DNA of 64,000 nucleotides from a virus (Duplodnaviria; Heunggongvirae; Uroviricota; Caudoviricetes): IMG/VR virus record IMGVR_UViG_3300042922_000286, positions 1 to 64,000 of that record; one strand, 5' to 3'. Shown piece by piece: positions 63,917 to 64,000 of this stretch (position 1 is its first letter; each line of letters starts with the position of its first letter). The notes under the pieces were generated by a model. It saw only the letters and a program-made list of their open reading frames with translations, ran no database searches and was not told where the DNA came from. The position numbers and the translations under genes were made by a program.

Positions 63917-64000
63917 CTCGCCGCCCTTGAATGCAACTGTCCCAGTTCGCTTACTTTCCCTGAACTGCTCAACGAGGTATTGCAGTTCTTGGTTCGTTTG

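Noticed and set aside
1-64000. CRISPR arrays, transposases, IS elements, toxin-antitoxin pairs, reverse transcriptases (DGR) and restriction-modification genes.
   Set aside because: None was found. There are no regularly spaced direct repeats with spacers, no transposase or RT motifs and no methyltransferase motifs. The DNA-level repeats are confined to repetitive structural genes.

Overview
This window reads as a contiguous stretch of a large tailed phage or prophage of a Firmicutes host, probably a spore-forming one. All calls below are made by eye from motifs, repeats and ORF geometry; no searches or folding were run. Coordinates of non-ORF features are approximate to within about 2 nt.

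The host inference rests on four things seen in the sequence: a class Ib nrdIEF ribonucleotide reductase operon, a SigF/G-like sigma factor, S-layer-homology (SLH) motifs in two baseplate proteins, and an SLH-like segment in the endolysin. Apart from one gene, every gene is on the minus strand and is transcribed from high to low coordinates.

Modules, listed from high to low coordinates:
- 64000 to 30894: late tail and adsorption module. It contains a tape-measure protein that is open at the window edge, a Dit-like protein carrying an SLH motif, a tail protein with two SLH motifs, a tail lysin with an M23 peptidase plus a lysozyme-like domain, three tandem paralogous tail genes, a hyper-acidic repetitive protein, three consecutive fibre or spike proteins (glycine-rich collagen-like, RCC1 beta-propeller, beta-helix) that share a C-terminal domain, and a giant 11-residue-repeat protein.
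- 30041 to 30880 (+): the only plus-strand gene. It is a XerC/D-type tyrosine recombinase with a sigma-A-like promoter and a dif-like site at its 5' end.
- 29886 to 1054: DNA replication and metabolism. The genes are a DnaD-like initiator, a DnaC-like loader, a free-standing HNH endonuclease, a DnaB helicase, a primase, a small ECF-like sigma factor, a gp32-like SSB, an SPFH/prohibitin unit, a family-A DNA polymerase, RNase H, a Cas4-like nuclease, RuvC, RecA, NrdI/E/F, dUTPase, thymidylate kinase, a secreted lytic transglycosylase, HU, and a SigF/G-like sigma factor.
- 1053 to 31: lysis. A GH73 endolysin is followed by a holin.

The most notable non-coding signal is a bipartite element present in six exact-architecture copies (AGTTWAG-N15-core on the plus strand, which reads CTWAACT-N15-CGTATAGGTTCAGTGTAAG on the transcribed strand). 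Each copy lies 25 to 46 nt upstream of an operon start. I read these as phage-specific promoters, probably served by one of the two phage sigma factors. A near-palindromic operator-like 9-mer (GGTAGTACC) sits in three promoter spacers. Other observations are face-to-face sigma-A promoters in the early region, many hairpin terminators, and terminator-then-promoter tandems that insulate transcription units. No tRNA, CRISPR array or transposon was seen.
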